This document shows, one piece after another, positions 1 to 16,128 of a DNA stretch of 64,000 bases (the first letter of the stretch is position 1; each line of letters begins with the position of its first letter). The stretch covers positions 54,932,001 through 54,996,000 of the forward strand of contig OZ024745.1 in assembly GCA_964016885.1 (NCBI GenBank), read 5' to 3'. The DNA is from Eledone cirrhosa. Lineage: Eukaryota. The notes under the pieces were generated by a model. The model was not told the origin of the DNA. It was given only the letters and a program-made list of their open reading frames with translations, and ran no database searches. A program made the translations under genes and the position numbers.

Positions 1-85
1 ATCCTTACGGGGTCGATAAGATAAAGTACCAGTAATGTACTGGATAATTGCTGGCCTTGTGCCTAAAGTAGAAACAATTATATTT
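1..85 (+). mobile_element. 3' part of tRNA-derived SINE (octopus-type), truncated by window edge
   Basis: atccttacggggtcgataagataaagtaccagtaatgtactgg...gctggccttgtgcc...gtagaaacaattat matches the 3' half of the full copy at 23458-23642. Confidence 0.8.
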
Positions 86-337
86 TATTACTGATGTTAT
101 TGTTTTGATTCTACTCAGTATCTATATATACCATTGCCATATGTGAGTTCTCTAGTATTCTGAGGATTTTATCAGAGGTAAACACTGTATTTAAGGTCGT
201 TCTCATATACATATATATATATAGGAACGATCGACTTTCGTCAAATCGGACCGAGGAAACAATGTTTCCATTGGTCTTTCCAATTTCTAATACTATCTAT
301 CGGTCGCAACTATAAATATATATACATGATATATATG

Positions 338-370
<33 letters not shown>

Positions 371-461
371 CTCTCCTTACTATCCTACTATCCTTGCTGT
401 CATATTTCTCCTTGCTCCCTTCTTCTCATTGTATTTGTATATAAACAAGTACATAGATACC

Positions 462-930
462 AGGAGAAAGGGAGCGCAAGGTGAAATGGAAAATAAGTGG
501 AAAAGGAGAGCAAGGAAAGCAAGGAGAGCAAAGAGAAAATGAGAGCAAGGAGAGCAAGCAGACCAAGGAGAAAAGGTGAGCAAGAAGAACAAGGAGAGCA
601 AGGAGAAAAGGAGAGCAAGGAGAGGAAGGAGGACAGGAGAGCAAGGAGAGCAATGGGAAAAGGAAAGCAATGAGAGGAATGAGAACAGGGGAGCAAGGGG
701 ATCAATGAGAAAATGAGAGCAAGGAGAGAAATGAGACAAGGAGACCAAGGAAAGCAAGGAGAGCAAGGATAATGGAGAGGAAGGAGAGGGAGGAGAAAGA
801 GAGACCAAGGAAAGGGGCGGGGCAGGCAGGTAAGGTTGGAAATGGAGGTAGGAGATGAATGGCGGGAAGGTGAGGAGGGGAGAGGTGAGGTAGAGGATGA
901 ATCGGAAGTGGAGGAGTTGGATGATGAGGC
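462..930. repeat. Purine-rich low-complexity tract, degenerate (GAGCAAGGA)n grading into G-rich sequence
   Basis: Repeated gagagcaagga words and strong purine strand bias; explains the L/S/P/F-rich ORFs at 380-1048. Confidence 0.8.
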
Positions 931-963
931 GGCGATGAGCATAAACACACATATCAGTATGAG

Positions 964-1008
<45 letters not shown>

Positions 1009-1550
1009 TGTATATAAATACATTCTGACGTTGCCTGAATGTTTCCATATAAATTTCTCTAAGAAAAGAGAAAATGGAACAGTATACCGCTTTTGAACAG
1101 AATTAATCGTTGCGTATACTATGTTCCAACATCAAGACGTTTGAGGGTCGCCTAACTGTTGTCCGATTGCGATGAAATGTGTTGTAGATTGAAACAGGAT
1201 TAGCGCGAGGGAGCTGCAAAATTTTCACTTTCGGACAATTACCTATTTTAAGGGCAACGCTAATATATGATAGCTGCAAATCGATTTCGAGTAAATTCAA
1301 CGCTTAATAATTAATCATGAGCATCAGGGAAACGGCATCTTAATCCTGCTAGGGACTTGCCTATGGCCAGCAATACCATGCATCGCAAAATTCATCACTT
1401 ATCAAGCGATGCCTTTGCCTGAAGCTTTATTAAGTGAGGAAAGTCTTTGCATGGAGCCAATCCCACTATCAGAACACCAACTTCATTTGCCCCAAAAGAA
1501 GGACTGTTCTACTACATTGGATAGCGACCTGATATATATATATATATATA

Positions 1551-1747
1551 TGAAGATAGACATAGAATATTCGAAAATATTCTGTATGTTTATAATAAAC
1601 ATTTTGAAGACCTAATCGCTATAGAATAGAATACGTCACGTATTACAATTAGATTCTCGTGACGTATTCTATTCTATAGCGATTAGGTCTTCAAAATGTT
1701 TATTATAAACATACAGAATATTTTCGAATATTCTATGTCTATCTTCA
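1551..1747. repeat. Perfect 90-bp inverted repeat with 17-bp spacer, between (TA)n tracts
   Basis: 1551-1640 (tgaagataga...atacgtcacg) is the reverse complement of 1658-1747. Confidence 0.9.
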
Positions 1748-1849
1748 CATATATATCGCTATTTCAGAGCATTTAATCCAATATATATATATATATATAT
1801 ATAAAATAAAATATATAAATCAAATGTTTAAAATTTGGCTTCGTTTATT

Positions 1850-1904
1850 ACTGCTATATATATTTCGGTGACAGCCATCTTTGGCTGTGACTTCTTCAGG
1901 CAGT
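1850..1904 (-). ncRNA. Type I hammerhead ribozyme motif
   Basis: Minus strand: actgc CTGAAGA agtcacagcc-aaagat-ggctgtcacc GAAA tatata TA gcagt. Confidence 0.75.
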
Positions 1905-2076
1905 CCGAATTAGTGTGGTAGAGACGAGTACACATGTTGTTGAGGTGTATAACTTTGTCTTATGATTCCAGTTCCTCAGTGAAACAACAACCCAACCAGA
2001 AACTGGGCATATCAGAGTATTGACAAAGTTAAACACCTCAACAACATGTGTACTCGTCTCTACCACACTAATTCGG

Positions 2077-2131
2077 ACTGCCTGAAGAGGTCACAGTCAA
2101 AGATGGCTGCCACCGAAATATATATAGCAGT
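2077..2131 (+). ncRNA. Type I hammerhead ribozyme motif
   Basis: actgc CTGAAGA ggtcacagtc-aaagat-ggctgccacc GAAA tatata TA gcagt, then AATAAA at 2132-2137. Confidence 0.8.
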
Positions 2132-2622
2132 AATAAACGAAGCCAAATTTTAAACATTTGACTTATTTATTTTATTTTATTTTACATTACTCCAGAGTAA
2201 CCAAACCAACCTGCGCACCTCGTCGGGTGCTCGAATCTGCATACTAGGGTGTTGGTATACAACGAACATATACTCAAAATTTATATATATATATATATAT
2301 ATCATTTTGTAAAAAAACCCTCACTTTCAAATATATATATATATATATATATATGTAGATAAATCTACCAAGAGTTTACGGTAGTGTCCAATCCGTATGA
2401 AGAACTCAATGTAATCCGGATATCATGGAAAGAAGAGATGCAAGTGTTGGTATGTATATTTAATTTTGATAGTTTGTATAATTTTGTATAATTTTGTACA
2501 TAGATCTGTTGAATATGCATGCCAATTCTAACACATATATATCCTAGAAATGATCGTTAAATAATGAACTTTTTTTGTTTAATATAAGGAACTGTTTCAT
2601 TGTTTTATTCATTATTTTTTAA

Positions 2623-2688
<66 letters not shown>

Positions 2689-2701
2689 TATATACATATA
2701 T

Positions 2702-2912
2702 TCGAAAGTGAGGTGTTTTTTTTACAAAATGAAAAATAACCGAGGTGTCCTACACGAGTGAAAGTATAAAGAAAAAAAAATGAAATCGAAAATGCAACTG
2801 GAGTCTTATTTTAAAAAAAATATATATATTTATTTCGCTCCTTTACCGGTTTCGCAGTTCTTCTGCTTTTCAAAAGTAGAGTTGAGATGGAAGGTCTGTG
2901 GTTTTTCTCACA
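2702..2912 (-). mobile_element. Short dispersed repeat (probable Penelope pLTR fragment); second copy at 56760-56970
   Basis: Near-identical to 56760-56970, abuts (TA)n, contains a hammerhead variant; a short inverted piece of its end lies at ~2303-2330. Confidence 0.75.
2841..2876 (-). ncRNA. Type I hammerhead, U3-A8 core variant (3-bp helix I)
   Basis: Minus: ctt TTGAAAA gcag-aagaa-ctgc GAAA ccgg TA aag. Confidence 0.6.
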
Positions 2913-4924
2913 ATTTTATATATATTCATATGATGGCTGTCCCGTCGTTATCGAGTATGGCCATTACACGGTACAAAATTATTAACAATTTTTGATTAAT
3001 GCTATCGTACAATGCCTGTGCTTGGGTGAAGATTTTTTTTTAAAGCGAGGAAAGACTGTGCACTGAGCCAATCCCACACTCTGAGCCACAGTAGCTATAA
3101 CCCGAAAAGAAGAAAAGATCAACATCATCGGTAACTACTGAACCGCAGGTTTTATGTCGCTGTTATACCGGTTTCCTGGCTGCCTTCTCTTAGAGGAATA
3201 CCCTGACAAAGGCTAGGGGTCCTTCACTTCCAGTGGTTTAACCGCGCATATATATACACATGTATACATGCATATATAAACATATACATGCATATACATA
3301 TATATACATATGTATATATATATATAAACATATACACATATATACATATGTATATATAGACATATCTGTATATATATATGCACACATATATATGCAAACA
3401 TATAATATGTAAACATATATATATATATAGAAACATATATATACAAATATATATATATATACAAACATATATAGGTTAAATCTATATATATATAACCAAC
3501 TCTTACCCACCCTGTCGTCCTGGGACACACTTCTAAACACATACAGTCATTGATATTTTCTATTTCTCTTTCTGTGATACTCGCTGTTTTTTGTATTCAT
3601 TTACTTTTCACTCTCGAATGCAGCCTCCCTCTAGTTTTCTCTATACCATAGTTTTCAATCTTTCTCGCCCTTTACTACTTACACCCTAAATATCACCTTT
3701 TCTAATATCTTCTGCTCCATGACTCCATCTATGACGCATTCTCAACAGTCCCAATATTTCTTCCTCTTTATCTGTCTATCTAACTCCTTCATCTTTCTTC
3801 CTTCACAACTACTTTTACTTTCATATTCCCCTAGATTTTTTTACCCCATATTCACCATTTATTCATTTATTCATTCATTCACTCAATGCGTCCATTTTTT
3901 TATTTTCATTATATATTTCATACTTTTATTATTTCCTCATTTATTCAATTCTTTATTTATTTTCCCTCCTGCCCTCCGTGTAGTTAGAACTCATTTATCA
4001 TTGAAGCAGCAAAAATTGTCTGAGACATATGTCAGTATAGCTAGAAGTTAAAACTAAGTTGTTTGATTAGATGTTAACTGTCAAAATGTTTTTTTTTCTT
4101 TCATGTTTTTCAATCTCTTATCTCTATCTGTTTGTAGGTGCACGTGTGCGTATGCATGTACTTGCCTATATATAGAGAGAGAGTGTGTTTGTGCGTGTGT
4201 ATCTTTGTGTGTGTGCGTACATATGTCTCCGCGTTTCTCTGTATGTATGCATATCGGGGAAATATAAAATAGGACTGTCTGAGTATATGCCTTAAATTGT
4301 GCTTGTTTTCTGTTGTTTCTTTTAAATTTATAATATTAGTGTGCGTGTTTGAGACTGGTAGTCTGTATATTGTGATGAGATTTGATAGCGTTTAGGTACT
4401 TTTGCTATTCGCTATATTATTTTGATTGATTCATAATAAGCAATATTTTCCTGTATGTTTTTTTTTTTATTTTGGTTTCAAAACGATGTCTTTAATCATT
4501 TCTATATTATATTTAGTTTGGACGAGTTTTATACCTATGTTTTGTTATGTGGTACATTTTGACAAATTGTACGTTTCTTAAAATGTCCAGTCATACATTT
4601 AGACACGCTCACACATGTAAACAAATATGAATATATGCGGGAAAATGGCTGACTTGATTGTCGGATAAAATGGTTTAGCGTATGTACCTTCTCTTGGATT
4701 TCTCAGTTCTGTCTCTACTGTGTCCAACGGACTCATCATAATTCTAGTGATAAGAAATTACCACTCAAACACCGAGACAACTTTTTTATCTGCTCTGAGG
4801 CAGTTACTTTGGCCCAGCTTTGGTCTTGCTTGAAGAGTTTCAGGCCTGAGGCAAATTGTATCTCTTTTCAGTGAGGTCCATGGTGAAACATGGCCACTTT
4901 TTGTCTGCTGCAGCATCGAACGTG

Positions 4925-5142
4925 TTCTAACTGCTGTCCGTGTTGCTGTTGACGGTTCTGTTGCTGGTCAAATTGTTGTTGGTGCTACTGTTGCTGGTGG
5001 TGGTGTTGTCGTTGTTGTGACAGGTGTTGTTATTGTTGCAGTTGCAGTTGGCGTTGTTCTTGGTGCACTTATTGTTACTGTTTTCGTTGTTGTAGTTAGT
5101 GTTGTTGATTTTAATTACCTTGGATTTGTTGCTGTTGTTTTC
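4925..5142. repeat. Degenerate (GTT/GCT)n low-complexity tract
   Basis: Imperfect trinucleotide repeat giving poly-N and poly-V ORFs. Confidence 0.75.
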
Positions 5143-7436
5143 TTCATAAAGGCTCAAACATTATGGGGTCGCCTTTTCACAAGGCAAATACGGGTGTCTT
5201 ATGAACGCTTTGTAACAAAATTACAACAATTATTTCAATGCAAAAACTTGAAAAATAACTAACTCACGCAGCTCTAAAAAACATGCCATCTCAGTCCGAA
5301 AACCAATGATAATAATTAAAACTACTTATACTAGTGCCATTAGATCTCAATCCAGTCACATTTACCTAGGATATTACAACATAGAATAAAGTGCCAACTA
5401 AACTGATAGTTTGACGTGATTATCATTATCAATATCGAATGTATTTTATCAATACTATGCGATTTAATAATTAAAATATGATTTTGGGTATTAATGACAC
5501 AGGTTTGAATGAAATTTATTAAGAAATATGGGAGAGAGTAGATGAGTTGACCATGAAAATAGTTCAGCAGATTGATGTTTAAGGTAAGATGTAACACACT
5601 TTGGTACGTTATAGCAAATTGATGTTATATAATTTGTTTTCGATGGGTGGTGGGTGTGCAACAAAACTAATGTCCTGATAGGGATATATTTACGTCTCTT
5701 TGTAGAGTGTTTTGATCATTCCAATGTCAGCCTTCACCTACTTGTCGAAATCGAAGAATAATATATTATTTGGATGCTGATGTACCTATATTCATGGAAC
5801 TGTGCTGATATGTGTATTTACTGTTATCATTGTTAGTGTATATAGATACAGTTTCAATTGTTAATATGAGTACTAATAATATTTTTCTATAGTTTAAAGA
5901 ATATGGATTTTCGAGAGACAGAACACCATTCAGCATATATTCAGAGAAAATATATATCTGACACAGCATCAGTTCCTGAATGCATGAGAAATATAAGAGA
6001 AACAAAATATGTTCTTAATGATTACAACTTGTGCTAGAAACAGTTTAACAATTCCCTGCGGCAGGGAATATGTTATTTACTACGATAATTTTGTCATTTT
6101 TTCATGGACATGATTATTAAAATAACAGTAGCCTTACAAGAAAGAAGAACTAAAGAGACAATCAGATTATTAAATCCAACGGTATCTGCTGCTATATAAA
6201 TACTGTCACGAGTTGTAAAATGAAAATACGAATAGGTATGAAAGATAACATACAGCACATACAAACCGGCAGTGATAAACATCTTCAATTAAAAATGAGA
6301 ACGGACTTATATCATCCATTTGGTCCTGTATGTAACATTTCTAAATATCGATTATAGTATATAGATATTATGAGAATCTCTACTGAGTGACGACATCTGC
6401 ATGAATATCATAATTTAATTTAATATCTACATCATTTCAACACATGAAATGTTCATGTGTCTAGAAAACAAAAGCAGAATCATTAGGCTGAACATGACGA
6501 ATATTATTTATTTAAAACTATTTTGCACGGGAGACAGATGTGTACACAAATAATTACTGTACATTGGTTGTGGGAGAAATGATAACTCAGTTACCCAAAC
6601 ATTTTGCTCAGAGTCCACCACCGGGTTTCCTGCCGACTGGTTTTTGCCCGAAACATTCTTTCTCCAGACCACATGTCCGTAATATCGGGGCTACTATTTC
6701 TCTATTCGGTGAAGTGAGGACTCTACCTGGAACAATGCTCTGCTTTCCGAGCTACGCAATCTATCGAGAAAAAATACTCCAGAGACCCTTCGGAAGAAGC
6801 CCGTTTGGGTCGCTTGTATTTTCGATTGTATTCCCTGGTCATTACCTAAGATTCATGATCATTGTCATGAATAACAATTTGAAATAGCATGTTTGCCTCT
6901 TACACCTATATCCTTTATTCTGATTAATGAATGCTAAATCTGGCGCATTACAGCCATAGTTACCACAATTCCTACACATAATTCAGTATTCTATGCTTTT
7001 TTTAGAGGCAGCCTTTACTTACCTCGAGGTAGATACATGACTCAAATGTGAGAATTTGGGGGAGGGCGAACAGTGTCACACATAGCGCTATCTCCTCAAG
7101 TAGATTGCCGCTGTCGGTACGGAGTTTTCTTATTCATCAGACAAGAGTTCTATTTTATCACAACAAACCATTGTATGCGGTGGCTGTACACCTATCCCTC
7201 ACATGCAACGCGTTCCCTAACAAGACAGATCTGCTGATAAATAGCGGACAATGAAATACATAATTCCTCTAATGGTTGTATTCGTTCTTTATATGGTTGA
7301 AAACGTATATGGGACCGCATCGAAACACAATATTGTCATGATATGATTCTACAACGGTTCTGTCACAAGCATAAATAACTGCGATAACTGTGCATAAACA
7401 CAGCTTAACATTTATAGCGAAAATTATATATGTATA

Positions 7437-8216
7437 CTAGCAGAATAGCCCGGTGTTGCTCGGGATTATAAACATAGATTGGCATGTTTATCCCTCATTT
7501 CTGAAACAGTATAGAGAAGTACGGAATACATTGGCCTGGGGATGGTGTCTACATTTTGTGCTTATAAAAAAGATTCGTCGTAGATTACCAGGGGTTTAAT
7601 TCGGTGCCTGAGAGTAAAATGTTCAACCCACAAAGCCAAGACGATAGGATTAAGTAAAAAGGCATTCGACAAACCGAACATGTATCTGTTGTGCTATGGT
7701 ACAATGAAAGCAATAGTTACAGAGCAGTAAGCATGTGGGACTGCAGTGGTGGAGAGCATGAAAGAATTTAGTTGGATACTTTTAAGGTTACAGGCCAAAA
7801 TGCTAAACAATGCATATGCAAAGTTAAAAAAAAAATCGGTTGGGTACTTCTCGAGTTACAGGCCCTAACGCAACCAAAATCCTTTAAAAAATCGGTTTTT
7901 GACCTAATGCTGTCCCTGGGGCAAAACATGAGAAAATCATGTTTTGCTCAAAACACTTTAAACGACATAAGTAATGCAAATATTGAAGAAATCGCCGGGT
8001 TTATTGTTCCGTTATATCTCAAAAAAGCCTTTAAAACCTAAAATATGCGGCTTTTCGCCTAATTTGGTCCCTAGGGCATTGAAAATTTGAAATACCTTTT
8101 GCTCTAAACACGCACACAACCATAAGTATTACATGTGTAAAGTTTGAAAAAAGAGGTTGGGTGGTTCTCGAGTTTTAGGAGGGACAGACAGACATTCTCT
8201 GTTTTAGATATATAGA
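7437..8216 (-). mobile_element. Non-autonomous Helitron (~780 bp)
   Basis: Minus strand starts a|TCtatatatc...(gtct)n and ends with hairpin cccgagcaacaccggg followed by CTAG|t; inserted between A and T with no TSD, the canonical Helitron termini. Confidence 0.8.
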
Positions 8217-9062
8217 TTATATATAAATATATTGTATATGCCTACATATACACATATGTTATGAATCATGATCTATTAGTGTTACTAATAATTAATCCCA
8301 GCCTAGTGTATGTAAATGGAATTCTTCAGTAGATGTTTTATATGGAAAAAAGTATAGAAGTTATAGCGAATTGGTTTCTCATTAAAACGCTAGAAAACCT
8401 CATTAATTATGACTACTAAACGGAAAAAAACAAAAACTAAAAAAAAAAAAACATATTTACAATCGTGGATTTGTGCCAATAACAATGTTTTCTCTGAAGA
8501 TGAATACTCACTCGAAACATTATATACTTGACAAATCAACTATCAATAATTACACCTACGAAAGTTTCCAAAATATGCGAACAAACACTGTTTTCCTTGA
8601 TTCTTAAACCTGCATTTGAAGGTTGTAAATTGTTTGGTATCGACAAAATGCAATGCATAGCAACATATGACAACTTCTTAAATATACCAAATATAATATG
8701 TTTCGCTATAACATTTTAGTCAACACACTCAAACTACTGTTTAATCTACTTAGAAATTTCATTCGCAAGTGTCAAAATATAGTTAGAGATTAAAAATGAT
8801 TATTGAACATTGAAACAAGTTAACATAACTTCAAACACACGATCATTTACTGAACTGACGGTTATTCCATGTTTTCGTACAGGAGATACGTTTGGTATTG
8901 TTGGAAGACTGTTATTAGAAAGGAAAGAGTCACATTTTTCTCTCTTCCTCCATCCGATATGAATGCGTGTTCTAATTTAAACTAGACTTCTAATAGAACT
9001 TACACGGCAGTCTATATGACAACTTACAATACCATCACTCGTGCAAATGCACACATATGCAG

Positions 9063-9067
<5 letters not shown>

Positions 9068-9118
<51 letters not shown>

Positions 9119-9125
9119 CGCGCGC

Positions 9126-9184
<59 letters not shown>
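9068..9184. repeat. (TG)n-(CG)n-(TG)n alternating purine-pyrimidine microsatellite
   Basis: Directly visible. Confidence 0.95.
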
Positions 9185-9186
<2 letters not shown>

Positions 9187-10642
9187 ATTAACATACATTG
9201 GGAACAGAGAAGAAAGGCTGGCAAATGGATTGAGTAAATGGGAGGGATACAGACAATTAAGGAAACAAGAAATGGGTTTCGCATATATAATTCGGTGGCT
9301 AATTCTTCTGGTTAGGTTATTAAATGGTGGTTTTTCTGTTTTATTGTTCGGCACGGATTAGTTTAGGCCGCAAATTAGTATACAATCATTTACTGCGGTC
9401 TAAAAGTAATTTATAACGTGTTCTTAAAGAAAATCTACAATTAATATATATATTTCAAATTGATGACGATACTGAAGCATTAATTCTTATTACAGGAAAC
9501 GCAGGCGTAACTTACAAATATAAATAAGCATATATATATATCGATTATTATCCAGATGCAAAAATGTCACCTTCTTGACAATCTATTTAACAGACATTTT
9601 CTTGAGAAATCCTGCAGATACGATATAATATTAATCTTACCATTATTTGAATATATTTATATTCAAACAACGTTTCATGAAAAGTTTTCTATTTAATTAT
9701 TTATCAAAAATAATCTTCATTAGTATACCGAGAACATGAGAGACATGTTGTCGCCTTTCGAGTTATTTGATTTTATATGTCTAGGTCTGTTTATTGTTGC
9801 TTCTATTTTTCTGAAAATATAATGGAAATAATTCCCAGCTTACGTAGCTGCTTAAATAGGATAAATTTGTTTACGTTTTTCCGTTTTCGTTTTCGTTCAC
9901 ATTCATTTCGTCCTATGCTACATTTTTCTTACCGTAAAAAGTCCTAATTTCTATATATTATTTGTTTCTTTGATAATGTTCTCACTCGTTTAAATGTTTG
10001 TGCTGTGTACTGAACTGATTAATTACCCGTAAATTGTGAGATTTGAACATTTTATGGAGGCAGAAATGTGCGTAGTTAAAAACGAATGTTTCGGTTGAGT
10101 ACATAAAATTAGAAATAAACTTTCAAATAAGTGGTTTCCCATGTGGCTGAAAAAAATCACTTCATTATTTAAATTAGGAAATATGTGATTATTCTCCCTA
10201 GGAGAGGCTTAAGTTTTACAATATCTAATTAGATCTCAAGTAATATCCTACACCATTAATACTCGAGGGAACTATATATATTTCCTGAGATTTAATTTAC
10301 ACTTCTTCAAAAGTAGAAGATTTTTATATATATAACTTCTCACTTGCAAATACTTATTGATAAAGGCTTTTGGATAAGATGAACGACGATTTCGGTTTGT
10401 AGGTACAATATACAATTTGAGAAAATTCAATGTCCTTGATTACGGAAAGTCCAGGTGTCGAGCATTTAATGCAGCAATGCACCATTGTGAGCAGCATTAA
10501 TTAGCAGCCTACCAGTGCGGCTCGCCACAGCAAATTACACAAGAAATACGCTCAAAGGGGTGTGGACCTCGCGCACACTAATCCCACTACTATGAGCTGG
10601 CTGCAGCGCATGAGGATGTCATGCGATTACAGTCTCACATGC

Positions 10643-10665
10643 AAGAAGAAGAAGAAGAAGAAGAA

Positions 10666-10696
<31 letters not shown>

Positions 10697-10729
10697 AAGA
10701 AGAAGAAGAAGAAGAAGAAGAAGAAGAAG
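10643..10729. repeat. (AAG)n microsatellite
   Basis: Directly visible; similar tracts at 48218-48303 and 55079-55154. Confidence 0.95.
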
Positions 10730-10956
10730 ACAATACTTTATTAGTATATAATTGAAATGAACATACATTGTTTTCCAATGGATAGCATATACCGAATATT
10801 ATACGAAAGAAACAAACGCCAAAGCGGAGGTCGGAATAACTCCTTAAACTTGGAAGCATACCTTTAAGATGTGTGATCCTGTCTATGTGTATGACTATGT
10901 TCATGTCAACGTGGATATTTTATCCAATTCTCTCAACTACTAACTATATTGTTGGA

Positions 10957-10995
10957 ACGTTACCGGTTTCAGCATTTTTATGCATTATCAAATGA
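10957..10995 (-). ncRNA. Degenerate hammerhead, U3-A8 core
   Basis: Minus: tcat TTGATAA t-gcat-aaaa-atgc-t GAAA ccgg TA acgt; helix I poorly paired. Confidence 0.45.
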
Positions 10996-11699
10996 TAATA
11001 ATATGTATTGGTGTAGAATGGTGGTTTTGGACATGTTAAACAAATGGTGCAGAAAGAATAATGTTATTAACAAACAAGGTTTATGAAGTGAAAAGAAAAA
11101 AGAAAAAAATGGACGTAATGTGGACGACAATAAGGCAATGTGAAAGAAAAAATTATGTTATTTACAGGCATACTTCTTGAAGATAAGCAGATCAAATGCG
11201 TTAATATAGCAAAAGTGGTTAGTTGATCCATGATGTGTGTGTATATGGGTGTGTGTGTAGCTCTTCCTTATTCCCTTTTGAACCATAGACCACTAGATTA
11301 AACAATACATTCACAGAATATTTTTCAAATCAACTTCCTCCCTTACAAAAAAAACAACTACTGTTCTCTTTTCCAAGCAACTTTTCAACAAGCAGGATGG
11401 AAAAAAAATTATTCAAACATTCGGTTTTGATTTTTATTTTTATTTTAAACCATTCTTCTTTTTTTACTCCTGTCAACTCTTTTTAATTTTTTACATTACA
11501 TTTCATAAGATAGATTTTAATACATCGAAACCGGTAATTTTTTCATATACTTTATATACTTCATAAAAAAAATTTAAAAAAAGATTTGGCCCACTCTTTT
11601 TTAATAACATTATCTTTTCAATAATTTCACTCTGACGAAAAGAAAAACAGACCCTTAAATATATCTCCCGTGATATTTCAAACTTCATCTCCCCCCTCC

Positions 11700-11734
11700 C
11701 CTCTCTCTATGTCTCTTTTTCTCTCTATGTCTCA

Positions 11735-11785
<51 letters not shown>

Positions 11786-11786
11786 A

Positions 11787-11879
<93 letters not shown>

Positions 11880-11885
11880 TATATA
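11700..11885. repeat. (CT)n(TA)n compound microsatellite
   Basis: Directly visible. Confidence 0.95.
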
Positions 11886-12368
11886 TAAACGGAATAAATG
11901 AAACGAAATTTCATTTCCCACTCTTAGTACGGCTGTTACTTAAATATAAGTACGTACACGTACATAAATATATGTATACAGACGTACAGTAGTATGTATA
12001 TATATATATACATACATGCACACATATATATATGTACGTATGGATTCACCGAACATTTATTATAATGCTCGGTGTGTTTGTAAACAAACATCCCGTATTA
12101 AGCCGCAGTGTCCAGCAACCATCGTTGCTCGTTTGTTCAACACTGACAAAGGAACGCTGTACTAGTTTCAAGCTTATTAGCTATCGTCAGCAACGTATAC
12201 CTTCCTGCCAGATTGTTGAACGTATATACTTACCTTATGCATATTAACAGCTGAGATATAAATGGGAAATGAAATTTCGTTTCATTTTTTCCGTTTATCG
12301 TTTTCGGTGCACCCGGTCCATTAACCCACTCGATATGCAAATTGGGCTTCTCAGCGGTTAATATGCAT

Positions 12369-12370
<2 letters not shown>
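11886..12370 (-). mobile_element. Diverged copy of the ~460-bp octamer+hammerhead repeat; octamer-bearing segment 12262-12370 is inverted
   Basis: Homologous to 17890-18720 (tttgttcaacactgac...tactagtttcaagct...); ATGCAAAT at 12335-12342. Confidence 0.8.
12154..12196 (-). ncRNA. Minimal type I hammerhead ribozyme
   Basis: Minus: acgttg CTGACGA t-agc-taataa-gct-t GAAA ctag TA cagcgt. Confidence 0.85.
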
Positions 12371-14314
<1,944 letters not shown>

Positions 14315-16001
14315 TGGCAGCTATTGATAATCTGGAACCAGCAAGTTGTAATTTTCATTCCGTAGTCACTCCCTGTTCTCCATTTTTTTTCCAAAGTAGA
14401 GCGTGTACATTCTTCTGTATTTGTAAGAGTGTGAATTCATATCAATTTTAGTTGCTTTTCTGTTAAGTGACCTTGTAAAATTGTCTTCCTTTGGTCAGTA
14501 AATGTAAGGGTTGCCAGTATTTATGGATGAATGGTAGTTCATTGAACATAATATTAGAGCATTGTCCCATCTAAGTAATACCGTCATTGATTCATCGAGT
14601 AAAAACATCAGTCATTTTATGAATGAAAAAACAAAACAAAAAAACAAAAACAAAAAAAAAAATCGTCTTTCATATCATTACACAATATGTTTTCTATTAT
14701 AATTTACATGGCGAAAAGTGTTCACTTCATTTCACCTGTCTAGTATATAGCATATAGCTCCAGTAAATGGCCAGTTAAATCATGATTGTCATATTTGTAT
14801 TCACTTTTATCTTTGCATTTGTACGCATCTCATTATGTTTTTGTTTTTTTCAGCATGATACGTCAGCTGTCATTGTCTAGCTCACAGCAATTTTAATTTA
14901 CGTTTGAATGGGCACATATACAACATGTTATGTATATTGGTATTATGATATTTTAACAGTGCATAGGTTAAGTTCAGTATCTAGGAGTAAGATATCAGGT
15001 CTGAAAAAAATATAAGATCTAAGATAAATATTAATCTGAAAACCTATTAGTTATGCACACAATCAAATAATTTGCCCTAATCATCCGCTGGTGTATAAAC
15101 ACAACATTAATTCTTATTAGGTTAGGAAAGTTCACTGAAGACACACAAATCATAACCATCACCTGACGCAGCATATTAGCTACGTACACAATTTGAATGT
15201 CACATTACCAGCCTAAATAAACTGAATTCGTTTCCAACCTGAATATCTAATTGATACCAACGTCTTCTTTAAATGAGGAACTTACATATTTTGGCAGATT
15301 ATTCTCAGACATATACACCTTCTCTAGGCTAAGCATAGTTTCAGGTTTCTAGAGCCACATATATATCTTTCAGATATATATTTCCGTGGATACGAACGTG
15401 GCTTAACGCTAAGCGTTTTCCTCTTCACTGGAATCTATAACAAAATACTTGATATTTCGCATGTCAGCTGCCATTTATATTGATTTAATGCTTATTTAGA
15501 TATAGACTGTTTCACTTGTTGATAATTAAATGTTTTGGTTTTGTAGAATATGCTGTAGTAGTATTGACATCATACAGACAGTTATACTATCTTCTTATTG
15601 AGCAACATCTGTGTATATTAAATTTACATATAATGATTTTTTCGGCTTCACAGTTCATAGTTGTTTCATTATCGCTTGTTCAGGCCATCTCTGTTCACAA
15701 GGAAAATGAACATGACGCCAGAGTAATATATCTACCCGGCATTGGATTATAGTGAAGTACAATAGTACAACACGTATGGCACACAGTAATTAAATAGCTA
15801 ATGACAAGTACGATCAGAAATTACTTCAAGCTGAAGATTTATAACAGAGGGACATCTCAACGTTTCCAATAAAAGATTAATGGCAAATCAGTAGGGATTT
15901 GATTTTGTGTATTTCTTTTGCAAGTATCTTATGCAGTGCTGTGCATATCCCCTGTTTATTTCAACTCCAAAATATGTGTGTGCGCAGAGAGACAAATAAA
16001 A

Positions 16002-16128
<127 letters not shown>

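Larger units (their letters stand above)
1820..2161. repeat. ~140-bp inverted repeat (few mismatches, ~60-bp spacer); each arm carries a hammerhead; probable Penelope pLTR fragment
   Basis: 1820-1959 pairs with 2022-2161; hammerhead followed by AATAAA in each arm. Confidence 0.85.

Noticed and set aside
380-1096. Long ORFs of up to 222 aa
   Set aside because: Translations of a purine-rich low-complexity tract plus (TA)n; no domain motifs.
8487-8530. CTGAAGA...GAAAC hammerhead-like spacing
   Set aside because: No helix I pairing and no palindromic helix III.
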